Assembly (NCBI GenBank): GCA_030264375.1
Contig: JASCQW010000137.1
Coordinates: 26,031,114 to 26,095,113, forward strand
Origin: Carcharhinus longimanus
Taxonomy: Eukaryota
Length of the DNA: 64,000 nt
Direction of reading: 5' to 3'
Part shown: positions 24,158 to 37,730 of the stretch, one piece after another
How the letters are laid out: every line of letters begins with the position of its first letter
How positions within the stretch are numbered: position 1 is the stretch's first letter
The notes under the pieces: generated by a model
The model's input: only the letters and a program-made list of their open reading frames with translations
Databases searched by the model: none
What the model was told of the DNA's origin: nothing
Translations under genes and position numbers: made by a program

Positions 24158-26636
24158 TTGTCATCTGCCATGGTCTCGCCCACTTGCTGACTGCTGATTT
24201 ATCTGAACTTCTCCAGCTGCCCATACAGGACAGTGAAGCATCAGGCTGAAGTTTCAGTTCCCACCATTTGAATCCAGCAGTGAAATGTGGACACCAAATG
24301 GGCACCCCGATACACCTCATCATATCAGGCCACAGAAATATTGGTCACCTCAGACATGGAGAAGAGGCCCATGGTCAGCTCTTGGATTAATAGCCAATAT
24401 CTCAAGTGAAAAAGTGGCCACAAAGTTCCTTTATCTGGACACTTGTCTGGCTATAATAACCATCATAAGACCATCTTTGGCATGTGCTGCAACTCCGAGC
24501 ATTGCTAGTATACAAAAACATTATTTTAATTACTAGAATGGGAATGGGAGATGATATCATTGGTAAATAATGAAGAAAGTTCACTGTTAAGCTACGGTTC
24601 AGATGGTCAAATACTCACCTAAGTCAGAAGGCGATGGATTCAAGACCAGCTCCAAAAAAATTCAGCAGGAATAAAGGGAAAAGGAAGACGGCTCAACTGT
24701 GACTCGTGCTCTCAGGTACAGATGCAAACTGGTCATTCAGAATGAAGACAAGACTGCAAGTCAGGGCTTCCAGACTTGGCTAGATCTCTATTTCACATTA
24801 CTTCTTTTAAAATTTTGGCTACAAGTTACCAAAGAAGAATTAAATAAAAAACTTATATCAAGAAAATTAGGAAACAGAGAGGCCAGCAAATTCTTCACTT
24901 TCTGCCATTTTCCACAGAAAATATGGCAGAGACATGCCAGAGCAGGACTTCTGAGCCACACCAGGTGAGGTTTAATACAAAATTGACCACCAAGACAAAA
25001 CCTATTGTCTCATGAGAAGAAAGGCTGCCAAAGGCATCTGCACCTTGTGGACAATGACTCACTTGTGCTGTCTTCTTTTTCCCCTTATGTTCCTGCTCTT
25101 TCGAGCTCGACATTTCTCCTTGTGCACAAGTGCATCTCTCTCTTTCCCCAGGGTAAGATATTCATTATTTAAGTAAATGACTGAGGGAGCTAGATTGCTA
25201 CTCTGCACGCACTTGAATAATTGAATCAACAATATGTAGTTGTCACCCTGCTGTGTTGTATTGATCCCTTTATGTACGGCAAACCTCTCTCATTGCTATC
25301 TTCACCTTACACATTCGACAAGCCAAAGCAAGATGTTAAAAATAAGATGTTGGTGGGCGATTTTATTTTTCAGGAAATATTATTTGAAGATAGGTATGTA
25401 CTTGGAGTGTGGCTTTGTTATAGTATTGCAATATACATTCTACATTAAAAAAGTAATTTTTAACCCTCAAGAACTGCAATCATCATATCACCACTGTAAA
25501 CCACAGACCATTGTCTGGAGCTACCTATAAGGATCATTCATTAATTCACATGGAAATTAAAGAGCTGGGGGAGGAATTTCAAGCATTGATGGAAAAATGA
25601 CAGAAGTTCTTGTAATCAGATAATGGAGATGCTAATGTTCAGGTTAGGGTAGTGAACATGCAAGTGCAAAGCATTTTTGCACCAAAATGAACCTGTATTC
25701 AAACAATTTTAGAGCTATAATCGGCATTGTGGAGATCGCATCATCAACGGTGGAAAAATATGAATTACTTTACATATAAATGAACAACTCACATTTTTTG
25801 AAAACTTAAGCAAAATGTTATGTTAATGCAGTTTGTCTCCCTGTCAGGGCAGTTCAACTCAAAAAAATCTGAAGTACAGCTATTAAGAATTTCTCTCTTC
25901 TTCACAGCTGTTCTCAATGACAGAATGTTGGAACAGCGTGATCTCGCAGTTCCACAAATCATTTTTTTTTAAAAAAACTTCTATTGTTCCTTCATAAAAA
26001 TTCTATGCAAAAAATGCCTGCCAGGCATCATTTTAAGTCTCCTAAAATTTAAATTGAATTTTTTCCGGGAAATAGCTACTTCAAAAGTCATATTTGGTCC
26101 CCCCACCACACCAAAAAAAATTAACCGCACCAAATAAAAGAACACGCCACCTCCCCATGTGTTAAATATGGCTAAAGTTGGTTCCAGCAAACTGCAGCTT
26201 AAATTGTTCAGGGGATCAATGAAATCACAAATTGTTTTCTCCAAGATTGATGGAGAAAAAACTGCATAAGTGTACAAACTTGTAGCAAATAAACCTCTAA
26301 GTGCACATATAACAAAGCAAAATTGATTGGTATTGTGTGTTAGCTTTATATTATGACCAGATTTTGGTCTCAAAGTGTTGCTCATTTAAACCGTATTTCT
26401 GAAGAAGCAACTATAGATATCTTATGATTAGAAAGAGGCAGACCTGCTCCAAGAATCTGAAGAGATTTTCCATTCACTCCAATTTATATGACATTCTAGA
26501 CTCCCAAGTACTCAGGGTTTGCAACGTTCCTTTGCACCTATTTGTATTGCTAAATACCAACACCACAAGAAGAATCTTGAATGCTAACTAATTCTGTTGG
26601 AGGTACACTCTCTGCTCCCCATCTCGTCCAAATTAA

Positions 26637-26881
26637 GGGTGGGATTTCCCAGGCCCCGCCAGCAGCAGGTCAGACGGGAAATTTTGAAGAATGACCATGC
26701 ATTGCTCTGAAAATTTTCCCATCCCGCCCACAGCAATGCCTGCCGCTAGTGAAATGGTGAGATTTTCCAGTCACACTCGCCCCCAAGACCAGAAATTCTC
26801 GCCCAAGGTCAACTGACCTTTGTACGGCCCTGTCTCGCACGCTACGATTCCTGTGGCAGGCAGGGTGGGAAAATTCCACCC
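26637..26881. mobile_element. Harbinger-type MITE (apparently dimeric)
   Basis: TIRs GGGTGGGATTTCCC / GGGAAAATTCCACCC. Flanks TAA / AAA, close to the Harbinger TWA TSD. Second half matches the MITE at 17054. Confidence 0.65.
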
Positions 26882-29800
26882 AAAGTGTTCTTTTGACTTG
26901 CATTGGAACATTTATCTGAAACCTGATCAAAAATAAAATAGTGGGTGCCAAAACTTTGTNNNNNNNNNNNNNNNNNNNNNNNNNNNNNNNNNNNNNNNNN
27001 NNNNNNNNNNNNNNNNNNNNNNNNNNNNNNNNNNNNNNNNNNNNNNNNNNNNNNNNNNNCAAAACTTTGTCAAAATTTTCTGGACTAATTGCTGGATTTG
27101 TTTTTAGGTAAATGGATCAAAGGATCTGAAGAGAAGGCAAGGTAACTGGAGTTAAGGAATGGTTATTATCTAACTGAGTGGCTGATAAGGATCAAGGGAC
27201 TGACTGGACCACTCTATCCATGTGCCTAAATGAGTTAATCCAATACAAACTCCTGAGCGGCAATGTTATCCAAATCACGGTGTACAAAAAAATTTTGCTT
27301 TTTTCACATCAAAACAGCAAAATCAACAACTAACCAGTGTAAATGGCCAAGTTTGTTGTTTGAACAGTTGTGGAGTGTGCAAATAGTTTCAGTAATGACG
27401 GAGGGAGGCCTTTGAAAAGAATGTTTCCCTCTACAGGATACTGGGATCTTGAGTGAATACAGTAGTATATTGGTTAATAGAAAAGTTATGGTAATGAGTT
27501 AATGATATAGATCAAGATGTAACAATGACATCAGTAGTCTTGCGCTGGAGACTACGTACAGCAGATTGAATAGTTTTCACTCGAGAGAGATGTGCTTACC
27601 TAATAGCTTATCACATCCACAGAATATGTAGTATAAATAAACAAGTTTGAGGTCACTACATGAGTCAGTCCACAGTTACTCTCAGGATAAGAGCGGCCAC
27701 ACAATGGGAAACACAGAGGATGCAAAGAAAATTTTGGACCAAGGTTGTTCCACTCCCTAACTATCTACGTAAGGCTCAGTGTAACAATAATCACTGTCCT
27801 CATGAAAGTGAGCATCACCGAAAGTTTGCAAGATATAGTCAATATTTGAACAAAGAATATTGGGAAAAACTGTTCACAATGAAAATTAAGTATGTGATAG
27901 CAGCTGTTAAGTAGGGGCAAAAACCAAAACTTTCAGGTTGGTGAATTAATTTGCTGGTGCCAATTAGAAAGTACTTTTTCTTGGTACTGTTTTTTAAAAA
28001 ATATTTTTGTTAGCAGTTTTCCATTTTACATTTGCTACAAAATGCAACAAATCCCCAAAATCTAGTTCAGTACAGGTGGCTATTATTCCACATAAACGTA
28101 GAGAAAAGACCAGCAAATATTCTTACAAATCACTGCAATCATTGGAGTCCATGTTTCCACTTGCACAGATGAAGAAAGGATACAAAGAGAATTGTGGCAT
28201 TTCAGGACAATGGGATAGCTGGATACATTCATGAGTACATGGTCCCACGGTGCACACCCTCCTCCACAGGATAACAAAAACAGAACTACACAATATATAA
28301 GGTCCCTTGTGGGATAATATACAACCAACCAGGGCCTAACATCCCATGACCTCCAAGCAATGAAAGGTGAACCCAGAAAAAGGGAATCCTCAGGATACCA
28401 CCATCAGTGTGTCAGCATTTGTTTCCATGTGTAGGAACCGGTAAACCAAGGATTGATAAACCTCAGCTAGGCTCACGATGCTACAAACCTCCCGCCTCTC
28501 CATGATATTTGTCTACCATAAAAAAAATAGATAATTCAGACTGCGCAATGCAATGGGATAACAGGCAAATGTCTTTGTGTTCATATATTATACATCCTTA
28601 TCAGGATAAAAGACAATCAGGATTATAATCTTGGATTATACAAAGGAACTAAATTCAGGATTAAGTGATGAACCAGAGGATAAATTAATCATTCGCAGAG
28701 CTGGAAAAGGCCAAAGGACCATTGAGCAAAATCCAGGGTCCGTCCAGAGTTTCACTGAAGCCTTTGCACTTTGCTGTATCAATGTTCTGAGGCTCCAGCA
28801 AAGAGAACCAGAGACCCCAGCAGATTACAAGGAACTAATATGCCTGGCCAACTCCAACCCTTCTCAATGAACACTGAGGACTAGATAGCACAAGACCAGG
28901 GGTGGAGTCTTCAACCGATCCCCAAGTCTTGAAGACCAGATATAATGAACTTCATCGAACTTGAGGTGCCCAGCCCTCAAATTGAGATTGTGAAAGCATG
29001 GCAATCTCAAATTCCACTGGGAATTCATCCTCAGCTCCCCGAGTCAGCCATGATGTACGACACACCATGCTGCAGCATTTCCAAGAACTGAAGATGAGTC
29101 TTCACTGAGGAAGCTGCCCTCTTGATTGACAGGATTTTCTTCTCTGGTCCATCCGTTGTCTTTAGGATAACTCACAGTTCGTCAATGAGTACCAATAATC
29201 TGTGCTCAGAGAGCCAAGCTCATCATCCACACCTTCAGTCATTATGGCGCCATCGTCACAACACCAACAGCATCATCGAGATGTAGACCCGCTCACCAGT
29301 GAAACCACCACTGCGAACTGGGCCCCACTTCAGCCGGCTCCAAACGCCTTGATCAAACAAGGAGTTTCTTGACTTAACTCAACTCGCCCTCACCAAAGTT
29401 TCGCCAGGATCTTCCAGCATCATAGCACAGATTATACACATCATGATCAGATAATTATGGGTTATGCATCAAGATAAAGAATGGATTAACAATTAGTGCC
29501 AGGTGAAAGCACAGCCCATGCTGCACTTACATCAATGGCCTCCCCTGACACCATTTCTGTTACAAGCAGGTGAAGGTCACAGGACTTCCAAATGACTAAA
29601 AGCTCACCAGCAGGCCAAAGAATCACCTAGTACTGCGAAAGCCTCAGCTAGAGTTGCATTGAACAGCCTGACACGTGCACAGCCAACACGCAGGTCTTTG
29701 GAAGTCACAAGATTTGTGCAAAAAAGAAAATTTTGGCCACATGCTGAAACAGCAATGCAACATCAGACACATTACATACATTCTCACTAAATAAACCAGT

Positions 29801-30169
29801 CCCTTTGAAATGCATGTTGCAGTCTTTCCTTCATTCGCTTTGGAGAGAAGACGTGTTTTAGGTATTTTTCCAAAGCAGAAACAGAACATTGCAGATTTCA
29901 GCTCAATTTAAATGGGTAAAGCAGGATGCAATCCCTCCATTGTAAATACATCCAGATCATGTAGAGTTGATTAGAATTTTCAATTCCTGTGGTTTATCTG
30001 CTGCTGAAGGCTGTTGCATACTATCCATCTTGGGCCTTTCATTCAAATCTACATTAAATCTTGGTCAATGGGAATAGGAACAGTGTATCTGCAACAAACT
30101 TGCCCTCTGGGTCATACCGTTGGCCTCACCACACACCCTCTCTCATGACTGATTTTAGCAGCAGCTTGT

Positions 30170-30456
30170 TTGAAAGTTTGAAGTTTTTAATACCACAAAT
30201 CAGCTTACTGCAGTGAAGTTATTATGAAAATCCACAGGTCACCACACTCTGGCACTTGTTCGGGTACACTGANNNNNNNNNNCCCAATGCACTTAACCAG
30301 CATATCTTTCAGACTCGGAGGAAAATTGGAGCACCCGGAGGAAACCCACGCAGACACGGGGAGAACATGCAAACTCTACACAGACAATAACCCAAGCTGA
30401 GAATCGAACGCAGATACCTAGCAGTGTGAGGCAGCGATACCAACCACTGTGCTGCC
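30170..30456 (-). mobile_element. HE1-like V-SINE with alternative tail
   Basis: GAGCACCCGGAGGAAACCCACGCAGACACGGGGAGAAC (antisense V-domain); antisense tail CTGCAGTGAAGTTATTATGAAAATCC. Confidence 0.85.
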
Positions 30457-31629
30457 CTGTTGTCGCAGTTCCTCAGTTTAGTTCAAATGAGGCCCTTGAT
30501 TTCTGCATGCCAATGGTGTTTGTTTTTCGCTGAAATCTGGGCCATGGCTGAGGTGTTATAGATATGACCACGACAGAATAGAACCAAGACAGATTTTGGA
30601 ATCCCTACTAGGAATGGGAACAGAGGCAAGATTGAGAGAGTGGGGCTGGGGTGAGGGGTGGTGAGCATGCAACAGAACCATCCACCTGCATACAGTGGGT
30701 AGTCAATTCAGCTTCAGAGTCACTTAAGGCCAATTCAAGGCAGCTGACTGGGATTTTCCTCCAGATTCCCAAGGGCAAATGTGGACATTTTAGGTGCCTG
30801 GAAGGGACCTAACTCGCAGTTGCAGACCAGGAACCAGCACTCGAGAAGAGAGGGGTCCTTCCTGCCCACTGGGTGCTGCAGCAGCTACAGGCCACAATAC
30901 GGAAGGGGGATTCCCCGCTGACACTGGTGGTCTAGCTGCCAAGGCCGTTTTAACCTTTGAAAACGTTAGGGGGAAGTGCCTCTATTTTGAAATGTCCTCT
31001 CCCTCGCTAACCTGCCATAGCCTCCTGTTACTGCTCTCAGGCAGGAAGGCCTTGGAATGGCTCTTCCAGCTTGGGAAGCCTGCCCACCTTGGACTGCGAG
31101 TGACTCTGAGACCATTAGTTGGCTGTTTTGGGGAAAGAATTTCCGAAGGGTAAAACAGTAAAACAGTAAAACAGGAAAATAAGAACACTGCTCCAAACTG
31201 TTTTCTGTTTCTTTTCCTTTTAGACCAGCTCCCCATCCTCCTCCTTCATTCAAAAAAAATTAGAATCTGTATACAAATCATGGCCCACTAAAGCCATGCA
31301 ACCTTTTATGGTCACTGTTGAACAACGGCGATCGACTGTCCTGAAGCTCTTTGTGACCTTAAGCAGAAAGCACACATCATTGACGGTGACCCTGCTGGGG
31401 CTCAGCTTCATTATAGACTGGTCATCTGTTATTTGTACAGTCCCTGCCCACAGTGAAAGAGCTGTTGGGGGGTGGGGGCACTCTCTTAATCACTGGCTGG
31501 AGTTTCAGAGGAGTCAGACAAGTTTAAGGATGCCATTTTCCAGACCAGTCTGGGAGATGGGACATGGGACCTGTACATACTGTTCTGATTGCCTTTTAGC
31601 AAGGGCTCGGACTAAGGAGAGCATTATTA

Positions 31630-34125
31630 GAGTTTTGGAGAGAAGATGATCTGGGGTGGGGTTGGAGGGTGGGAGTCAAGGGCAGGATCTATTTGGTTAG
31701 AGTTCAGAAACAATAGCAATGCTGTTACATCATTGAATACATTCCAGCGGCCGCCAGCTAGTGGAAAATACACAAAGGAGAAAAGTTTGAGGTACAAGGG
31801 TGAGAGTTGTGTTCGTTGGGAACTTTGATTATCCAAATAAATGCTAGAATGGCAACACTCTAGAGACTGGGAATAGAGGGATACAAACGGATGGTCTAGT
31901 TAGGAACAAATGATTGGTGCAAGCTTGGAGGGCCAAAGGACCTGTTCCTGTGCTGCATTGTTTTTTGTTCTCTTTGTTCTTTGAGAGCACAGTGGGAGGC
32001 AAGCATCTGAGGCATTTTCAGGAGAGTCTTTTTGATCAGCATTTCAATGAGGGAAATAGTATTACTGGATCTGCTCCTGAGGAATGAGACGGGCCAAGTG
32101 GATAGCTGATATTAGGGTAATATTTAGGGAACGGTGATAATAGGATTATAAGATTTAGATTAGCCATGGATCAATATAGAACAAAAAGTACATCATTTGG
32201 AGGAAGGCCAATTTCAGTGGGATGAAAACAGATCTGTCACAGGTAAAGATTGGAAAAAGCAAAACAGAAATGAAACAATGGACTGTACTTAAAAAGTCGG
32301 GCTGTATATGATGGTGGTACATTCCCATAAAGGGAAACAATCAAAATCTGATCTCCCTGGATGATGCAAGTGATAGAGAGTAAAATAAATCAGAAGGTGG
32401 GGTGGCAGGGGGCAGCTATGATCAATGTTATTGAAAATACAAGTGAGAATCAGACTGAAATGTAAAAAATTCAGAGCAGCAATGAAAAAGGCAAGGAGTG
32501 AAGAGACCGGTAGATAACATCACGTACTTCAAAAGTCCTCTGTGGGTATAGAAATAGTTAAAAAAGGTAATTTGAAATGGGGTTGACACATGGAGGTTGA
32601 GAGCATGGCTAATGTGTCAAGTACTTTGCATCTTTCTTTGCCGTGGAAGGTGTTGCCAAAGTCCTAGTTGAGGAGGTGGTAATTCAGATAATGGATGGAT
32701 AAAATTGGTAAAGAGGAAATATCAGAAAGACTGGCTGTATAAGTCACCAAGGCCAAATGTAACACATCCAAGGATATGGGGAGGGAAAGGGCAGAAAGTC
32801 AAGTGATACTGGCCATGATCCTCAAATCATCCTTAGATTCAGAAGTGGTGCCATAGGTGTGAGGAACTGCAAATCCTCCATCCTATTCAAAAAGGGAAAT
32901 TAGGATAAACCCTGAAAAGTACAGTTCGGTCAGTCTAACATCAGTGGTGGGAAAGCTTTTAGAAATGATAATCAAGACAAAACCAGCAATCCATTAGAAA
33001 CACATGGATGAAGAAAACCTATACAGATTTATTAAAGGTAATTTGTGTCTAACTGACCTGACTGAGGCTTTGATGCAAATAGAGAGGGTGGAAGATAATG
33101 TGGTTAATATCTATATGGGCTTCCAAAAAGCACTGATCAAATGCCACACTACAGGCTTGCAATAAAATGAGCAGTGGCACCAGGGAGATAAAGTTGGCCG
33201 ATTAACAGGAAACAGAGAGCACGGCTAAGGAGTGTTTTGCACAGGATTAAGGTAGACACAGATTTCCCAAAGGTCAGTACGGGCACCACTTCTTTCCTTT
33301 TCAGTCCTTAATGACTTAGACTTGGACGCACACTGCATATGGCACAAAATGAGGAAGTACTGTGAACTGTGAGGATAGTAGTAAACTTCAAAAGAACAGG
33401 GGCAGGTTGGTGGAATGGGCAAATATTTGACAGATCAAATTAATGCAAAGAAATGTGAAGTGATAACTTTTAGTCAGGAGGAGAGGCGCAATTAGAAAGA
33501 AAGGATACAATTCTAAAGTGGATGGAGGGACAAGGAGACCCAAGGTATCTGAGCACTTGAAGCTGGCAGGGAAAGTTGAGAAAGTGAGATCCTGGGCTTT
33601 ATAAATTGAGGCATAGAGTACAAATGCAAAGATGTTGTGTGCTGAATCATTTTATATACTAGTCTCGTCTCAGCTTGAATATTGTGTCCAATTCTGGAGA
33701 CTAAATCTTAAGAATATTATGAACATTTTAGAAAGGGCACAGAAAGGATTTAGGAAAATGATTCCAAAGATGAGGGACTTCAGGCAAGAGGATAGATTGG
33801 AGAAATTGGGGTTGTTCTCCTTACAGAATATTGAGAGGAGATTTCGTGGCGATGTTTACGTTTCATGGCCTAGAGAGAATAGATAGAGAGAAACTGTTCC
33901 CTTTGGCAGAGGGATCAAGAACCAGAGCACGCAGATTGAATGGCAAAAGACCTTAAGGCTACATAAGACAACATTTTTTTATGCAGCAAGTGGTTAGGAT
34001 CTGGAAAGCACTGCCGAGTGTGTGGTAGAAGATAGCAATGTGCAGAGAAAGGGTGGAGGAGTAGAGTTGGAGCACACTAGATGTAGAAAATAGCTTCCGT
34101 CTGTGCTGTAGACATTCTATAATTT
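31630..34125 (+). mobile_element. Near-complete but heavily decayed CR1 LINE ORF2 (endonuclease plus RT)
   Basis: Motifs in the expected order: GNFDYP-like (EN, ~31820), LDLLLRN, Y.SVSLTSVVGKLLE (~32930), IYMGFQKA (~33110), PKGQ/PQGS-like (~33265), LEYCVQFW (33675), RLEKLGLFSL, FFMQQVVRIWKALP. A short CR1 tail is inserted at ~31850-31985. Confidence 0.85.
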
Positions 34126-34132
34126 TTATAAT

Positions 34133-34345
34133 GGCATAATAGGTGGCTACTTGGCCCATCAAATCCATGTCAGCTTCCTATAGAACAATTCATTCAGTCC
34201 TACTTCTCTACATTGTCCCCGCATAGCCCTGCAGATGCATTTCCTTTATACATCTATTCAATTTCCTTTCAAATTCGATTGTTTTGTCTTCCATTGCCCT
34301 CGTGGGCAGCGTGCTCCAGGGCATTACCGCTTTGGTGGCGGGAAC
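34133..34345 (-). mobile_element. Old CR1 3' end fragment
   Basis: GGTGGCTACTTGGCCCATCAAATCCATG...GGCAGCGTGCTCCAG, antisense of the CR1 3' end. Confidence 0.55.
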
Positions 34346-35696
34346 TACTTTTTATGCATTGAAGCATGAATCGGTATTGATAAAAATCAGACAAAACCTC
34401 AAATTCCTTGCAGGCTGTGCCTGCACATTTACATCTCCCCTCACCTATAAACCTAGCCCACAGAGATAACAATGGCCTTTCATGATGAAATGGCCCAAGG
34501 TATAAATAAACAGTCACTGTTTTCTTTCAGGATCTGGATGTGGAAGTGCTGATTCAAACTTTTGTGTTGAGCTAATTGTAAAGGCATTGGGATTTGACAA
34601 GATAGCATTTGCTGGCCAAGCTCACAGCACAGTTAGCAACTGGTCCACGGAGAGACCAGCAGCTAGATGCTGCAGAGGGGGCTAGAAGAGAGNNNNNNNN
34701 NNNNNNNNNNNNNNNNNNNNNNNNNNNNNNNNNNNNNNNNNNNNNNNNNNNNNNNNNNNNNNNNNNNNNNNNNNNNNNNNNNNNNNNNNNNNCTAGATGC
34801 TGCAGAGGGGGCTAGAAGAGAGCAGTCTTTCCACTCTGCTCACAAAACCCGCTGTAAGCACTTCTAAAACGCAAGTGCCTTTTGAAAGCATTTTGTTTGT
34901 GATCTGATTAACATGGTAGTCATGAACAAATGTCCTTTAGCTCTACACAGCCACAGGTATATCAATTTATTTTAATAAAGCCAACACACAGACGACCATT
35001 CTGAGTGTGGCGTGGCATTCATATGACTGAATATAGACAGAAGTGTCTGAAGACTCCTGACACCACTATATTTTATTTAAATAAATCAATTTGTTTACTG
35101 GTTGATGTGGTTTGTAAAACACAAGATGAATTCTTCTGTCGCTGTGATGGCAGAGGAGCTCACAGCAGATTGGTAAATGGCTTAATCGCCAATTCGAGAA
35201 ATAGGGGATGGATATCTTGCAATGATGAGGCACACAGTCAAGTTCAAATGAGCTCACAAAATTCAGCCCAATTAGAGTAAACTGGCATGCAAAACAAAAA
35301 AGTGGGCAAATTGATAACCTGTGGAACGATGGAATTGCTGGCAGTTCAATGCAACATTTGCTAAAATTAGAAAACTAAAATCATTGTAATGGAGGTTTAT
35401 ATACAGATCACAACACCTTTTTCTGTCATGCTTTTTGTTCAATGCCTCAATGTAAGTCAGTTGCAGATAAGAAGTGGAGATGGGGAGTGCAGGAATGAAT
35501 TGAAAGTGAGGACGGTAAACAGCAGTCAATGAGAATAAAACATTTTTAAAACTGTCATACTGTGCACTATTTGACCTCAAGTAACACTTACCTGAATGTA
35601 ACTTAACAGAAAACTAAAACTTATACATTTCATAATTACATTTAACTGGGAAAGTTGTCTTTTGTGGCCTTGATTATCTTTATTAATAGAGTTAGA

Positions 35697-35795
35697 GGGT
35701 GGAGTTTTCCTGGTGGGACACAGACCATGCAAAGGTCTGTTGATTTAAGTGGGATTTTATGGTCTTGAGATGAACATAACCAGAAAATCCCGCCC
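35697..35795. mobile_element. Harbinger-type MITE (~100 bp)
   Basis: TIRs GGGTGGAGTTTTCCTGG / CCAGAAAATCCCGCCC. Confidence 0.65.
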
Positions 35796-35796
35796 G

Positions 35797-36208
35797 TAGA
35801 GTCAGAGCAATACCGCATGGAAACAGGCTCTTTGGCCCAACTGGTCCATACTGACATGGCACCCTCCTAGCTAGTCCCAATTGCCCACGTTTGGCCCATA
35901 TCCCTCTAATCTATTCCCATTCATATACTTATCCAAATGCTTTTTAAATGTTGCTATTGTACCTGCCTCAACCACTTTGGCAGCTCATTCCATGTATGTG
36001 CCACCTGTGTGTGGAGAAGTTGCCCCTCAGATCCCCTTTAAATCTTTCCCCTCTCACCTTAAATTGATGCTCTCCAGTTTTCAATTCCCCTTCCCTGGGG
36101 GAAGGGCTATGTACATTCATCCTATCTTAGGATTGATTTTATATGCCTCAATAAAGGTCACCCCTCACTCACCTACGTTCCAAGGAATAAAGTCATAATC
36201 TAGCCAAG
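35797..36208 (-). mobile_element. CR1 3' end
   Basis: GCATGGAAACAGGCTCTTTGGCCCAAC...TATCCAAATGCTTTTTAAATG...CCCTCTCACCTTAAA, antisense of the CR1 C-terminus and 3'UTR. Confidence 0.8.
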
Positions 36209-36652
36209 CTCTCACTGTAACTGGTTTAAAAGATCCAACCATTCCAAAAAACTTGGATTTAACTTGATAATTTTGCCCAGGGTTATGCCTCATGGCTGAC
36301 GAGTGTTCTGGTAGATCAAGTCTGTGCAGTGTAAACAAATTCCCAAAATGTAGCAGTACAAGATAATTATCAACACAGACAGAAAAACAGGATTTTGCAT
36401 TCTCTAAAACACAATGTCCCAAATTTTCCTGCCTCCGGATCTTCAGGAATGGGACATATGTGGGGAGATGCACATTAAGATCTCGTGGAAATTCTCATGC
36501 ATGGACATACATGGGTATTATCCAGGAAATTTAGACTTCCAATTGGCCAGATCCCGCTGCCCAGTAGCCTCTGTGCATATCTCTGACATGGAGCTCAGGG
36601 CAGACACTTTGGGCAAGATACAGAGGGCTTACCCGCGCACTGATTCTGCAAA

Positions 36653-36856
36653 TGACGTGGAGATGCCAGTGCTGGACTGGGGTGGACAAGTTGAGATGTC
36701 ACATGACACCAGGTTAGAGTCCAACAGGTTTATCTGAAATCATAAATTTTGAAGCACTGCTCCTCCTTAGTGAAGGAGCAGCGCTCCTCAAGTCTGTGGT
36801 TTCAAACAAACTTGTTGGAAAAGAATGTGGTGTCAAGTGACCTCTCATTTTGACCC
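36653..36856. mobile_element. Palindromic Penelope-derived element (two inverted pseudo-LTR arms)
   Basis: Left arm GACACCAGGTTAGAGTCCAACAGGTTTATCTGAAATCA...GCACTGCTCCT and right arm AGGAGCAGCGCTCC...TGGTTTCAAACAAACTTGTTGGA...TGGTGTC are reverse complements around ~36767. Confidence 0.7.
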
Positions 36857-37016
36857 TGCAAATGTAAGACGGTTTAAACCTGATCAGCCAGCTGGATAAC
36901 TCCACAACTGAACCCCGCCCTCCCCACCACTCTCCCCCCATAACCTTCCAACTACTCAACTGCGCCCTGCAACTACCCAGTCACCCATTTCCTCATTCAT
37001 TCATTAAAAAAAATTG

Positions 37017-37730
37017 GGGGGTGGAGTTCTCCCATTTTGAGACTATGTTCTGTGGCAAAGGCCAGTAGGTAAACACATCAAATCCTCTTGCCCTGACCTC
37101 ATTAATTATGCACTCGAGTATTTTATGCCATATCTAGTAGTGGGGCAGGCCTGGATGTTGTGTAGTCCACCATCATATCCCCATGCCATATTGAAGAGAT
37201 GTCCAACATCGTTAACTCTCTACTGAAGAAAGGTGGACCCCCTAAAAATGAAGATAGATCTCCAGGATCACTGAGGCCAGATGATGGACATCCGGAGAGT
37301 GGAAATGGATCTTCAGCAACACTGAGGCTGGAAGATAGACTCCATCCAGGACACCTGATCCAGAAGGTCCACCTTCTGTGGTGTTCCAGGGCCCATGATT
37401 CTGGGTGGCTTCCATCCTGTATTCCGCAGACAGCCCCACACATTTTTCAGGTGAGTCCCAACATCTGCATGCCATGTTATTTCAAATGGGTTCCATACCA
37501 TCGTGTTTTCCAGCTGGCACCAAGGAGAATCTGACATAGTCGTGTCAGGGTTTTATTTACATCCCGTTAACGGGACACAAATGAGGTTCACACCGATTTC
37601 TGGTGGGTTTTTCAATCCGCCATGGAAGACACCAGCAGACAATCCTGCTGTAAATTCAATGTCACCATGAAGCCAATTTCTGGGGCTGCAGCCATTAATC
37701 ATGCCAGCGAGAACTTGAGAGGATTTCACC
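37017..37730. mobile_element. Non-autonomous Harbinger-like DNA transposon
   Basis: Left end GGGGTGGAGTTCTCCCA matches the reverse complement of the 60428-60443 terminus; right end GAGAGGATTTCACC. Subterminal CTCATTAATTATGCA shared with ~57466. Confidence 0.5.

Noticed and set aside
34663-34822. Exact 30-bp direct repeat on both sides of a 100-N gap
   Set aside because: Most simply an unmerged contig overlap, not a biological repeat or CRISPR-like unit.
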